A stretch of DNA of 64,000 bases from an uncultured Acidobacteriota bacterium. GTDB taxonomy: Bacteria; Acidobacteriota; Thermoanaerobaculia; Gp7-AA8. The DNA is taken from contig CAWGHO010000003.1 in NCBI GenBank assembly GCA_963822445.1, forward strand, positions 960,001-1,024,000, in the 5' to 3' direction. The notes beneath the pieces were generated by a model. The model did not search any database. It was given only the letters and a program-made list of their open reading frames with translations, and had not been told where the DNA came from. The position numbers were made by a program, and so were the translations under genes. Positions 8,979 to 19,149 of this stretch are shown here, piece by piece (the stretch's first letter is position 1; each line of letters begins with the position of its first letter).

Positions 8979-11900
8979 TCATTGGGCGGGCACGTACGTC
9001 GGGTCCTGCGTGCGGTTGTCGATCGCAGAGCCGTATCCGATCACGGCGCCGTTGCCGCCGATGACCCGGATCGAGACCCGGGCATTCGTCGCTCCGTCGA
9101 GGCCGAGGTTGGCCAGGAGGGATCCGTACTGGCGGAACTCGTAGGGGGCCAGGTCGATGGTCATGGAGGACGTCTGACCATCGCCGCCGGTGGCGATCAC
9201 TTCTACCTGGGCGCTGTGTCCCGCGACTTCGGCAACGCCGACATTGCTGCGGAAGCGGGCAGATTGTTCGAGCTGCAGAACATCGATCGCTCTTCCGCCA
9301 AGCCGGGAGGCATCGGCGATGGTCATCGCCGGGATGAACTGGCCGTACGTGCCGCCGGTATCGCGGCGGTCGTAAGTCCGCGCGGTGACAACCAGCTTCG
9401 ATGCCGTCGACGTCGAGACGTGAAGCGCGCCGCCGCTCTGGGTCTTTCCGAACATCTGCTCGATGATGTTGTCGTACGCCTTCACTTCGCGCCCGAAGAG
9501 CGTGACCATGCGCGTCACCGCACCCGCACCCCCCTCGGGATGGAACGTCAACGTGGCGCTGATCGATGCTTCGCCGGCGTTGTAGATCCGCACGTCGCTG
9601 CGCCAGTTGTTTCGCCCGGTCGCGTAGTGCGCGACGCCGGGGACGACATAACGCTGGGCATTGACGGCCGCGGGGACGACACCGGTTACCAGCAGAGGAT
9701 CACTGGTGACGTTGTCGACCAGCGAGGCATACGCGGCAACCGTTCCCTTCGACGAGCTGACCTCGACCTCGAGCCGGGCGTCGTCGATCTTCACGTCGTG
9801 CCGCGCGAGCATCGAGTCGATCTGCTGATGCTCGAATGGTGCGAGGGCGATGGTCTCCTCGGCGAGCTTCTGACCGGTGGCGTTGTAGAAGCGGACGATG
9901 ACGTTGGCGGCGTTGCCGGAACCCTCCACCAGTCCGACGTTCGTGCGATAGGCCGCCGACTGGGCGAGCTGCTGCAGCGAGAGCGTCGTTCCTGTACCGG
10001 CGAAGGCAGACGCGGGGATTGCCGGGATGAACTGACCGTAGGTTCCTGAATCGGTCTGGTTGTACGTGCGGCTGGAGATGACAGCGTTCGATGAGCCGTC
10101 GACCGGCCGTATCTCGAGCGCGCCGGTGGCGCTTTCGCCCATCGCGCCGTAGCCGAAGATCCGGCGGACGACGTCGCCGAGAGCGAGCGTCGCTCCGGCC
10201 TCGATGGTCATGGTCGAGCGGCGTCCTTCCAGCGTGCCGTCGGTGCGCGATGGCGTGAAGAGCAGGTCATAGGCTGCGGCGGTCGCCGACGGGTTGTAGA
10301 TGCGGACGTCGGAGCGCCAGTGCGACCCGATGCCGGCGGCGTGACCGACCGCCGGGATGACGGCCGCCGGCTGCGAGGCTGACTTGCCGCTTTCTTCGAC
10401 CGGCTCCATCGCGTGAACGGTGACGCTGTAAGTGGTGATGAGCGAGTTGTCGGGCGCACGAACGCTGACCGTTCCGGTCGTGCTGCCACTGCGAAGTGTC
10501 GCAGGGTCGGCCGTCAGAGCCAGCACCAGACCGGACGGCGGAATCGTTCCGGATGCCGGTGTGACTTTGAGCCAGGCGGCGTTGCTGACGGCGATGAACG
10601 ATGCATTCGCGCTGATGCCCACGCCTTCTTCGGGAGTGAGGCCAGCAGGTTGCGTGAGCTGATCGGTGGATCCGCGCTCGATGGGGATGTCGAAGTCGTT
10701 CTCAGTGCCGGACGACATCGGCTGTACGACGACGCGCAACGTCCGTGACCATTCGTCGCTGCATCCATCGACTCCCTTGACTCGGAAGTAGTACGCGGTG
10801 GGTGAGGCGACATCGAAACGGAAGAGACGTGACGAGCCGTTGACCTCGAATTGTGTGGCCGACGTGAAATCGGTGCTCGACGACTGCTGGAGCTGATAAC
10901 GCGTGGTGTGAACATCCGACCAGCGGACGTGGAAGCTCGAGCGCGTGCTGGTCTCGGAGACGGCAGAGATGCGCGGCGCGGCGCAAACGTCTTCCTCTTC
11001 CGTCGTGAAGCGCGCGCAGGCGCTCGTGATCACCCCGCAACCGCTGCGGTGCGCGACGACACGCCACTCGTACGTAGTGTTGGGCTGGAGGTTCGAGTAG
11101 GCGAAACGGGGTGCGGTGATGTTGCCGACCAGGGTCGTGCAACCGCTGCCCTGCACGCCGAGGTAGACGTCGAAGCGGGACGCTCCCGGGGCGCTCCAGG
11201 TCAGCTCGCCGGAAGCGGCGCCTCTGGTTACCGGCCGCATGTTCGATACGGTCGGGCAGGCGGCTACGCGCGTGGAGAAGGTGTCGCTATTGTCGGATGG
11301 ATCGGATTCGCCCGAGGATGAGGAGGCGGATGCGGTGATGGTGTACAGGCCGCCTGCGGTGCCGAGCGGTGTGATGAGCCGGAAGTTGATGGTCTGCTGG
11401 GCACCGGCGCCGACAGTGCCGATGTTGCAGGGGAACGACGCGCACGGTGCGGAGGGCTGGAGGATCCAGCCGGCAGGAGGCGTCAGCGAGACCGACGTAT
11501 TCGCGGCGGGGGAGGAACCGTTGTTCCGGATGACGACCGAGTAGTCATCGCCTTCGCCGGCCATCGCGCTCGCCGGACCGTTCACGGACACCGCGAGGTT
11601 GGGCAGGCCGCCGATGATGATCGTGGCGGTGCCGCTTTCGCTTCCGCCGGTGCGGGTTGCGGTGATGGTGAATGAGGAGCCGCCCGTTCCAAAGTTGAGA
11701 CCGTGGCTGGCCAGCAAGCCGTTCGCGAACGTTGCCGTGGTTCCGGCGCCGGCCGAAAGGGTGCCGCTCGAGGAGATGTCGACCGTGTTGCCCGTGCCGT
11801 TGAACGACACGACGACGTTGTTGTGCACATCGAGTGCGCTAATGCGGATGGCGAACGGTGCACCCGCCGTTTGCGGCGGGATCGTGCCGCCGCCGGCCGA

Positions 11901-14900
11901 CTCGATCGCGAAGTGATGCAGCGGTCCGGCGTTGACCGTGAAGGGATTGGACGTGCCGGCGCCGTTCGTGTCCGCGGCGGTGATGGTGCGACCCGCGCCG
12001 GATGCGGTCAGCGTGACGTTGATCGTCTTCACGCCGTTGTCGGAAGCGATGAACGTGACATTGGTCGGCGCGATGTCGCCCACGTCCGTGGTGACGGTCA
12101 ACGTGCCGGTGAAGCCGGTGGCCGTGTTGCCGAAGGTGTCGCGTGCCGTGATGCGGACGGGGAAGGGGATGCCGGCCGTCTGCGGGCCGATGTTGCCGCC
12201 TCCGCCCGCTTCGACGAGGTGGTTCGCTGCGCCGGCCGCACTGACGACGAAGGAGTTGGAGGATCCGCTGTTTCCGCTCGGCGCGTGCGTGGCCGTCACG
12301 GTGGCCGCGGCATTGGCGGCTGTCAGCGTGACGTTGATCGTCTTCACGCCGTTGTCGGCGCCGGCGAACGTGACTGTGAGCGGCGAGACCGTTCCGGCAT
12401 TCGAGCTGAGGTCCAGCGTGCCGCTGAACGCGGTGTGGGTGTTGCCGAACGCATCGCGCGCGGTGATGCGCACCGCGAACGCGACGCCCGCTTGCTGCGG
12501 GGCGATGTTGCCGCCGGCCGGCGCTTCGACCCTGAAGTGATCGAGGGCCGCGTGCTGCACGTCGATCGTCGCCTGGCCGGTAATCGGTCCGTCGGTCACC
12601 GTGATCGTCTGCGTTCCGGCGGTGATGAGGGCGAGACCGGTGAAGGCGTGATCGCCCTGGTCCGATCCGGCGTTGAACGCGTAGCCCGGAGGAAGGGTCG
12701 CCACGGGATCGCTGCTGGTGAAGGAGACAGTGCCCGAGTAGGTCGTCGTGACGTTATCGAACGCGTCGAGTGCCGTCACCGTTGCCGCGAACGGATCGCC
12801 GGCGATCGTCGTCGCCGGAGCGTTGATGGTGAAGTGATCGGTGGCCGCGGCCGCGACCGCGACCTCGGCCGATCCGGTGATCACACCGGACGTGGCCGTG
12901 ATGGTCTGGTTGCCCGACGTGCGGAGGGTGATGCTGTCCAGCCGTGTGCCGCCGGTCAGCGTGCCGTCCGCGGGCAACGTGGCGTCGCCATCGGTCGACG
13001 TCACGATCACCGTGCCGGAGAAGGCCGGCGTGACGTTGTCGTAGGCATCGAGGGCGGTGATGGTGGCGTTGAACGCCACGCCGGCCGTTGCAGTGGGCGG
13101 AGCAGCGACGGTGAAGTGCGTCGTCGCGCCCGGATCGACGGTGAACGGATCGCTGTCATCTGCCGCGCTGACGCCGCCGGTCGCGGTGGCTGTGAGGATC
13201 ACGCCCGATTCGGCCTTCGTGTACGTCACGCCGCTGATGGTCGTTCCGGTGTTGCCGAACGCGATGGCGCCGTTCAGGGTGCCGCCGAGCGGGCCGGTGC
13301 CGGTGTCGAGCGTGAGCGCGATCGGTGTGTTCGCCGGGACGCCGGTCGCGTTGCCGAGCGCATCGACTGCCTGCACGACGACATCGAAGGGTGTGCCGGC
13401 AACCGGGTTGACTCCGCCGTTGACGGACGTGATGGCGATGCCGACCGCTTGCGCGTGCAGCGTGAAGTCGCCGAACGAGGTGATGCCGGCGCCCGACGCG
13501 GTGTGGAGGATCGTGTCGACGGAGGCCGTCGGATATGCCCAGCCACCGCTATGGCGCGCGAGGCGATAAGCGAGCTCATTGCCGACCACGTCGGCCGGGA
13601 GATAGGTGAAGGTCAGATCGGCTGCGGTGACGCCACCCGCGTTGAGAGTCCAGTAGCGCTGCAACGCGTTGGCGGTCGGCGAATTCGGATGCGCGCCTTG
13701 AACCGCGGTGGTTGTAACGGTCGCAGGGAACGTTCCAGTGGTCGCGTTCACGCTCACCGGCGAGTACCCGTTTGCCGTGCCGACGTCGAACGCCTTCGTT
13801 CCGGCGGCCGTGAAGACGCGGGCGAGGTTGCCGATCACATGGCCGCTGGTCCGTGAAACCGATCCGCTGCCGAGGATGGTCAGTGTGTTCGCGCCGGTGT
13901 CGATGTTGCCGAGGGTCAGGGTCAATGTGCCGCCGGCCGTGACCTGGGTCGCGAGCGTGAGCCCGGCGGCATTGTTCATGGTGACGTTGTGCAGCGCGAT
14001 CGGGGAGGTAGTTCCATCGATCGTCTGAGGCGACGTGCCGTTGACGTTGAGATTGCCGGTCGTGCTGAATCCGCCGTTGACGGTCATGTCGCCGTGCAGA
14101 TGAAGGCTGCCGGAGCCGGCGTTGAGCGATCGGCCGCTGTTGATCACCAGCGAGTCGGACACCGGCAGGTTGCCGAGCATGGTCACGTCGGAGTCGATGA
14201 CCAGATTCGAGAAGAAGTTGTTCGGGTTGTAGCTGCCGATGGTCTGGAGCTGGCTGCCGTTGAAGGTAATCGTCGACGTCGGGCTGAGCTCGAGCGTCGA
14301 GCCGGCGGCGAAGTTGCCGGTGATGTTCATCGAGCCCGCGCCGGTGATCTCCAGGATCTGCGTCGGCGGGTTGCCGGGGAAGGTCGCGTTGCCGTCAAGA
14401 TTGACCGTGCCGCCGGCGACGGTGAGGATGGCCTTGCGGTTTCCGGCGCCGTTCATCTCCAGCCCGCCGATGTCGAGCGTGCCGTGGCCGACGTTCATCA
14501 CCGCTTCGATGTTCGCGTTCAGCGGCGCCTCGATCCGGAGCAGGCCCTCGACGCTGAGGGTCACGCCGTTGTTGAGCACCACCGCGGAGCTGATCGTGGC
14601 CGCGTCGAACGTGAGCGTGCCGGCGGATGCGTCGGCGGTCACGGTGACGGTGTGACCTTCAGCGATGACCGCGTCATCGGCGATCGTCGGCACGCAGCCG
14701 CCAACCCAGGTCGAGCCGTCGTTCCAGGTGCCGCTGGCGAGTGTGGTGTACGTGCAGATGCCGATCGCGCTGAAGGACGTCGAGGCCGCGCCGGCGGTGA
14801 CGTTCAAAGTGTTCGCGCCGGCGGTCGGGCCCAGCGTCCAGCTCGTGACGGTCGCGACGCCGGAGCCGTTGGTCGTCTGCGAGCCTCCGGTGACTGAGCC

Positions 14901-17900
14901 GCTGCCCGCCGCCGGCGCGAAGGTCACCGGCTGGCTGGGAATCGCGTTCGTAAACGCGTCTTCGATCCTCACCGACGGATCGGTGGGGAGGGTCGAGCCG
15001 GCGGGCGCCGTCTGATTGTCGCCGGCCAGTTTCACGATCACCGCCGCGGGGCCCGGTGCAACGGTGAAGCTGTTGCTCGTCGCGCCGGTCAGGCCGGGTG
15101 CGCTGATGCTGAGCGTCTTCGCACCGGTCGTGTCGATGCGCAGCCCGCTGTACGTGCCCGCGCCGTTGCCGTTGGCCGTGCCGATGTCGACCGTCGTCGT
15201 TCCCTGCAGCGTGCCGGTGCCGCTCTGCAGGGCGATCGTGACGATCCTGCTTCCGCCGAGGCCTGAGGAAGAGTCGTTCCCGAAGGCGTCGCGCGTCTCG
15301 ATCGCGGGCTGCGTTCCGAACGCAGAACCGGCTGCTGCGCCGCCCGGGTCGGTGGTGAAGAAGAGCGATGTGGCTGGACCGGGATCGACGGTGAAGGCGG
15401 CGCTGGTCGCACCGGTGAGCTGATTGTTCGAGGCGGCCAGCGTCTTGATGCCGGCGGTGTCGATGCGCAGATTGCTGAACGTAGCCGTGCCCGGCGTAGC
15501 GCCGTTGTTCCCGGCGTTGATGTTGCCGCCGCCCTGCAGCGTGCCCGTGCCGCTGGCGATGTCCAGCGCGATGTTGGCGTTGTTGGCCAGGCCGACGATG
15601 GAGTTGTTGCCGAACGCGTCCTGCGTCTTGACCACGGCGGTGAACGTCGACCCCGCGACGGCACCGCCGGGCTGGGTCGTGAAACCGAGCCCGGCCACCG
15701 TCGTAGCGTTGACGGTCATGGTGTTGTTGCCGTTGATGGATGCGGACACCGTGTCGGTCGCAGTCACGCTGCGTGAACCGGCGGTCTTCAGCGTCAACGC
15801 GTTCGTGAATGTGCGCACGCCGTTGTCGCCGCTGACGAAGGTGTAGTTGCCCGGCAGCACGCCCTGCGGGTCATCGGAGCTGAACCCGATGGTGCCGGTA
15901 TAGCCGGTGGCGGTGTTGGTGAACGCGTCTTTCGCCGTAATCGTGGCGCTGAACGCCGTGCCGGCAGTGGAAGTGGCGGGGAGGGCCACGACGAAGTTCG
16001 TGGCTGTGCCGGGCGCGACGCTGATGCTGTTGCTCGCGTCGCTGAATGTGCCGTCGTTGGCGGTGATGGTGCGTGTACCGGACGTCTTCAGCGTCGCGCT
16101 GAACGTGCGCACACCGCTGTCCGCGCCGGTGAATGCGTAGTCCGCCGGAAGAATGGCGATGCCGTCGGTCGAGGTAAATCCGACCGTTTCCGCGTAACCG
16201 GTGGCGATGTTGCCGAAGGCGTCGCGTGCAGTGACGGTGAAGTCGAACGCGTCACCGGCGATCGCGTTCGCCGGAGCCGACGTAGTCAGCGAGGCAGCAG
16301 CGGCGGGCGCGACGTCGATGTTGTCCGTGGCGTCGGTCAGCGTTCCGTCATTCGCGGTGATGGTGTGCGTGCCGGCGTTCTTGAGGGTGACGCTGAAGAC
16401 TCTCTGGCCTGCGTCTCCGCCCGTGAATGGATAGTTCGCGGGGAGTGTCGCCATGACGTCTGTCGAGCTGAACGCGACCGTGCCCGTGTAGCCGGTGGCG
16501 ATGTTGCTGAACGCATCGCGAAGCGTCACGGTGACGTCGAAGGCATCGCCGGCCGTGGTGTTCGCGGGGCCGGTGATGGTCATCGACGTTGCCGCTCCGG
16601 CGACCACCGTGACGTTCTTGTTGCCGGTGATCGTCGCGGTGACGGTGTCGGTGCCGGTGATGCTCTGCACACCGCTCGTGCCGAGGGTGAAGCTGAGGAT
16701 TTTCGCGCCGTTGTCGGCGACGAGGAAGGTGTAGTTTGCCGGCATGGTCGCCTGCGGATCGCCGGACGTGAAGTGCACGGTGCCGGTGTAGCTCGGGGCC
16801 ACGTTGTTGAAGGCGTCCCGCGCCGCGACGGTGACGTTGAATGCGTTGCCTGCCGTTGCGTTCACGGGTGCGGTCAGGGAAAGAGTCAGAGGCGCACCGG
16901 GTGACACGTTCACGTTGTTGCTGGTGCCGTTGATCCCGCCGTCGGTCGCGGTGACGGTCCGGTTGCCGCTCGTCTTCAGCGTGACGTTGAAGCTCTTCAC
17001 GCCGTTGTCGCCGGCGAGGAACGTGTAGTCGCCCGGAAGGACGGCCTGGGCGTCGTTCGATGTGAACTGGACCGTGCCCGTGTAGCCGGTGGCAACGTTG
17101 CCGCCTGAATCGCGCGCGGTCACGCTGACGCTGATGACATCGCCGGCCTGCGCGGATGCGGGAGTGCTGACGTCGAACGAAGCAGCTGGTCCCGCGGCAA
17201 CGGTCACGGAGCCGGAGGTGACACCCGTAAGGCCAATGGATGCGAAATCGACGGCGATCGTCTCGCCGGCCACGTTGTAGCGAAGGTCGTTGAACGTCGC
17301 CAGTCCGCCGACGGCGTCTTCGGACGTGTCGCCCTGCAACGCGGCCGTGCCGCTTCCGCTGTTGCGCGTCGCGGTGATCGTGTTGGTGGCGCTGGTCGGA
17401 TTGCCGAAGGCGTCGAAGATCCGAACCGCGGGCGCAGGGGAGAAGGCAACGCCCGCGGTTGCGTTGGCCGGCAGATCCTGAACCATCGCCAGATGGTCGG
17501 CCGGCCCGGCGGCGACGGTGAATGCGTCGCTCGTTGCGGTGCCGAAGCCGCTCGCACTCAACGTGTGGGCTCCGGCCGTATCGATCCGCAGGTCCAACCC
17601 GGTGATCGTGCCGTTGCCTCCGCCGGTGCCGATGTCATGGAGGGTCGTGCTCGACCCGTGGAAGGTGCCGGGGCCGCTGGCGACGGCGAGCGTGATCGGC
17701 ACACTCGCCGCGAGACCGCCGTTCGAGAGGTTGTCGAACGCGTCGAACGTCTGCAGAACGGGCTGGGTCGAGAATGCCGCGCCGGCCGTTGCGCCGCCGG
17801 GGTGGGTGGTGAACTTGACGGTGCTCGCGTTTGCCGCCGAAACGACGACGTTGTTCGAGGTCGTGCCGGTCAGCCCTGACGAGCTGAAGGCGAGGCTGAT

Positions 17901-18695
17901 CGTCTCGGCTTTGTTGTGCGAAAGGTTGAGAAACGTGGCGATGCCGGCGGAGGCGGTCGCGGAAAGCGTTCCCTGAATCGCCGGGGAGCCGCCGCCATCC
18001 CGGGCGGCGCTGACGCTGGTGGTGTTGTCCGTCGTTCGCAGATTGCCGTGCTGGTCTTCGACGCGAATGGCCGGCTGCGGCGCGAAGGCTACGCCCGCGG
18101 TGGCGGCCGAAGAGGGCTGCGTATCGACGGACAGTTGCTTCGCCGCGCCGAACGTCATCGACAGCGATCCGAAGTTCGTGGCGCCGCTGACGCCGTTGAT
18201 GGTGGAGGTGCTCGCCGCGCCGCGCACGATGTCGCCGGCAGGCGTATTGCCCAGGACACCGTCATTGGGTCGTACCCGCAGACCGCTGACGGTCAGCGTG
18301 TCGGCTGCGGTCGTGTTGTTGATGCGGAACTGGACGGTTGCGGCCGTGGCCGTGACGCCGATGCTTGGTGGATTCTGAAAGTCCGAAGGGCCGCCGTTGC
18401 GGGTGGTACTGCCCTGGCTTGCCTCGAAGCTCCAGCCAGTCGGCGGTTCGAGGACGAGGGTGACGACGCTGCCGCCGCTGTGCGCGAAATCGGTGTTCGC
18501 TCCTTCGACGATGATGATGTTTACCAGCGCCGTGTACGCGGGTGTCGTCGCGTTCGCAGCTTTGTCGGCGCTGATGTTCGTACCGCCGCTTGCCGGTGTC
18601 ACTGTCACCGCTGCCTGAGCGCTGACGGCAAACATCGCCACGAGAGTGACTACGAGCGCGAATCGATTCTGCTTCTTCAATCTATCCTCCGTCAT
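8979..18695 (-). CDS. Giant (~3230 aa) secreted Ig-repeat surface protein/adhesin
   Basis: Signal peptide; many ~95-110 aa Ig-like repeats (TARDAFGNxATGYTGTVxFTSxD); beta-helix-like middle; DUF11-like, Fn3-like and BACON-like domains; C-terminal WRSDVRIYN...RTY...GTYGQFIPA repeats; true start possibly TTG 18680 after GGAGG. Confidence 0.88.
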   Translation of the reverse strand: MTEDRLKKQNRFALVVTLVAMFAVSAQAAVTVTPASGGTNISADKAANATTPAYTALVNIIIVEGANTDFAHSGGSVVTLVLEPPTGWSFEASQGSTTRNGGPSDFQNPPSIGVTATAATVQFRINNTTAADTLTVSGLRVRPNDGVLGNTPAGDIVRGAASTSTINGVSGATNFGSLSMTFGAAKQLSVDTQPSSAATAGVAFAPQPAIRVEDQHGNLRTTDNTTSVSAARDGGGSPAIQGTLSATASAGIATFLNLSHNKAETISLAFSSSGLTGTTSNNVVVSAANASTVKFTTHPGGATAGAAFSTQPVLQTFDAFDNLSNGGLAASVPITLAVASGPGTFHGSSTTLHDIGTGGGNGTITGLDLRIDTAGAHTLSASGFGTATSDAFTVAAGPADHLAMVQDLPANATAGVAFSPAPAVRIFDAFGNPTSATNTITATRNSGSGTAALQGDTSEDAVGGLATFNDLRYNVAGETIAVDFASIGLTGVTSGSVTVAAGPAASFDVSTPASAQAGDVISVSVTARDSGGNVATGYTGTVQFTSNDAQAVLPGDYTFLAGDNGVKSFNVTLKTSGNRTVTATDGGINGTSNNVNVSPGAPLTLSLTAPVNATAGNAFNVTVAARDAFNNVAPSYTGTVHFTSGDPQATMPANYTFLVADNGAKILSFTLGTSGVQSITGTDTVTATITGNKNVTVVAGAATSMTITGPANTTAGDAFDVTVTLRDAFSNIATGYTGTVAFSSTDVMATLPANYPFTGGDAGQRVFSVTLKNAGTHTITANDGTLTDATDNIDVAPAAAASLTTSAPANAIAGDAFDFTVTARDAFGNIATGYAETVGFTSTDGIAILPADYAFTGADSGVRTFSATLKTSGTRTITANDGTFSDASNSISVAPGTATNFVVALPATSTAGTAFSATITAKDAFTNTATGYTGTIGFSSDDPQGVLPGNYTFVSGDNGVRTFTNALTLKTAGSRSVTATDTVSASINGNNTMTVNATTVAGLGFTTQPGGAVAGSTFTAVVKTQDAFGNNSIVGLANNANIALDIASGTGTLQGGGNINAGNNGATPGTATFSNLRIDTAGIKTLAASNNQLTGATSAAFTVDPGPATSLFFTTDPGGAAAGSAFGTQPAIETRDAFGNDSSSGLGGSRIVTIALQSGTGTLQGTTTVDIGTANGNGAGTYSGLRIDTTGAKTLSISAPGLTGATSNSFTVAPGPAAVIVKLAGDNQTAPAGSTLPTDPSVRIEDAFTNAIPSQPVTFAPAAGSGSVTGGSQTTNGSGVATVTSWTLGPTAGANTLNVTAGAASTSFSAIGICTYTTLASGTWNDGSTWVGGCVPTIADDAVIAEGHTVTVTADASAGTLTFDAATISSAVVLNNGVTLSVEGLLRIEAPLNANIEAVMNVGHGTLDIGGLEMNGAGNRKAILTVAGGTVNLDGNATFPGNPPTQILEITGAGSMNITGNFAAGSTLELSPTSTITFNGSQLQTIGSYNPNNFFSNLVIDSDVTMLGNLPVSDSLVINSGRSLNAGSGSLHLHGDMTVNGGFSTTGNLNVNGTSPQTIDGTTSPIALHNVTMNNAAGLTLATQVTAGGTLTLTLGNIDTGANTLTILGSGSVSRTSGHVIGNLARVFTAAGTKAFDVGTANGYSPVSVNATTGTFPATVTTTAVQGAHPNSPTANALQRYWTLNAGGVTAADLTFTYLPADVVGNELAYRLARHSGGWAYPTASVDTILHTASGAGITSFGDFTLHAQAVGIAITSVNGGVNPVAGTPFDVVVQAVDALGNATGVPANTPIALTLDTGTGPLGGTLNGAIAFGNTGTTISGVTYTKAESGVILTATATGGVSAADDSDPFTVDPGATTHFTVAAPPTATAGVAFNATITALDAYDNVTPAFSGTVIVTSTDGDATLPADGTLTGGTRLDSITLRTSGNQTITATSGVITGSAEVAVAAAATDHFTINAPATTIAGDPFAATVTALDAFDNVTTTYSGTVSFTSSDPVATLPPGYAFNAGSDQGDHAFTGLALITAGTQTITVTDGPITGQATIDVQHAALDHFRVEAPAGGNIAPQQAGVAFAVRITARDAFGNTHTAFSGTLDLSSNAGTVSPLTVTFAGADNGVKTINVTLTAANAAATVTATHAPSGNSGSSNSFVVSAAGAANHLVEAGGGGNIGPQTAGIPFPVRITARDTFGNTATGFTGTLTVTTDVGDIAPTNVTFIASDNGVKTINVTLTASGAGRTITAADTNGAGTSNPFTVNAGPLHHFAIESAGGGTIPPQTAGAPFAIRISALDVHNNVVVSFNGTGNTVDISSSGTLSAGAGTTATFANGLLASHGLNFGTGGSSFTITATRTGGSESGTATIIIGGLPNLAVSVNGPASAMAGEGDDYSVVIRNNGSSPAANTSVSLTPPAGWILQPSAPCASFPCNIGTVGAGAQQTINFRLITPLGTAGGLYTITASASSSSGESDPSDNSDTFSTRVAACPTVSNMRPVTRGAASGELTWSAPGASRFDVYLGVQGSGCTTLVGNITAPRFAYSNLQPNTTYEWRVVAHRSGCGVITSACARFTTEEEDVCAAPRISAVSETSTRSSFHVRWSDVHTTRYQLQQSSSTDFTSATQFEVNGSSRLFRFDVASPTAYYFRVKGVDGCSDEWSRTLRVVVQPMSSGTENDFDIPIERGSTDQLTQPAGLTPEEGVGISANASFIAVSNAAWLKVTPASGTIPPSGLVLALTADPATLRSGSTTGTVSVRAPDNSLITTYSVTVHAMEPVEESGKSASQPAAVIPAVGHAAGIGSHWRSDVRIYNPSATAAAYDLLFTPSRTDGTLEGRRSTMTIEAGATLALGDVVRRIFGYGAMGESATGALEIRPVDGSSNAVISSRTYNQTDSGTYGQFIPAIPASAFAGTGTTLSLQQLAQSAAYRTNVGLVEGSGNAANVIVRFYNATGQKLAEETIALAPFEHQQIDSMLARHDVKIDDARLEVEVSSSKGTVAAYASLVDNVTSDPLLVTGVVPAAVNAQRYVVPGVAHYATGRNNWRSDVRIYNAGEASISATLTFHPEGGAGAVTRMVTLFGREVKAYDNIIEQMFGKTQSGGALHVSTSTASKLVVTARTYDRRDTGGTYGQFIPAMTIADASRLGGRAIDVLQLEQSARFRSNVGVAEVAGHSAQVEVIATGGDGQTSSMTIDLAPYEFRQYGSLLANLGLDGATNARVSIRVIGGNGAVIGYGSAIDNRTQDPTYVPAQ

Positions 18696-19017
18696 ACGGC
18701 AGCCGGGTTGCGGCAGGTGTTCCGGGCGACACGTCGGTCAGGACGTGAACTTCAGTGAATTCGACGGCGAGTGCCCAGGCGGCGCGGACCTTGTGCGCGC
18801 GGCGGACGCGCCCCAGGCAATGGAGCCGGGTGGCCATGTCGGGGTCGCTGAACGTGACTTCGATGACCGCGTCGAACGCGTCGCCGGCGGCGAATTTCCT
18901 GGGCGACACGATGAGCGCGCCGCCCATCCCGATGTTTCGCGTGAAACCGCGAGCCTCGCCGATGAAGACCGGCAGGGCGAGGTCGTACCGCGTCACGCCG
19001 CGGCGTTCTGCGCACAT
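18682..19017 (-). CDS. PilZ domain protein
   Basis: ERRGVTRY (RxxxR), RNIGMGGA ([D/N]xSxxG-like), LGRVRR..LAVEF. Confidence 0.75.
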   Translation of the reverse strand: MCAERRGVTRYDLALPVFIGEARGFTRNIGMGGALIVSPRKFAAGDAFDAVIEVTFSDPDMATRLHCLGRVRRAHKVRAAWALAVEFTEVHVLTDVSPGTPAATRLPYDGG

Positions 19018-19102
19018 GAATTGAGCTCCTTGGACTATTGGACCGGGTTGGAGTATCGGCTCGACGCGGGCGCGACGCCATTCATCGGGGGGCGGTAGGA
19101 GG

Positions 19103-19118
19103 TATATCGAAAGTTATA
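19103..19118. promoter_or_regulatory. Putative NarL/LuxR-family operator (6-4-6 palindrome, degenerate copy)
   Basis: TATATC-gaaa-GTTATA in the divergent intergenic region; resembles 21485-21500. Confidence 0.45.
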
Positions 19119-19149
19119 GAGCCCAGGTCGTCGCTTATGCTCTGGCACC

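Noticed and set aside
11703-13856. Long antisense and alternative-frame ORFs (also 24447-27167, 38151-40310, 40434-42491, 50092-51975)
   Set aside because: Arg/Gly/Ala-rich shadow ORFs expected in high-GC coding DNA; no domain motifs
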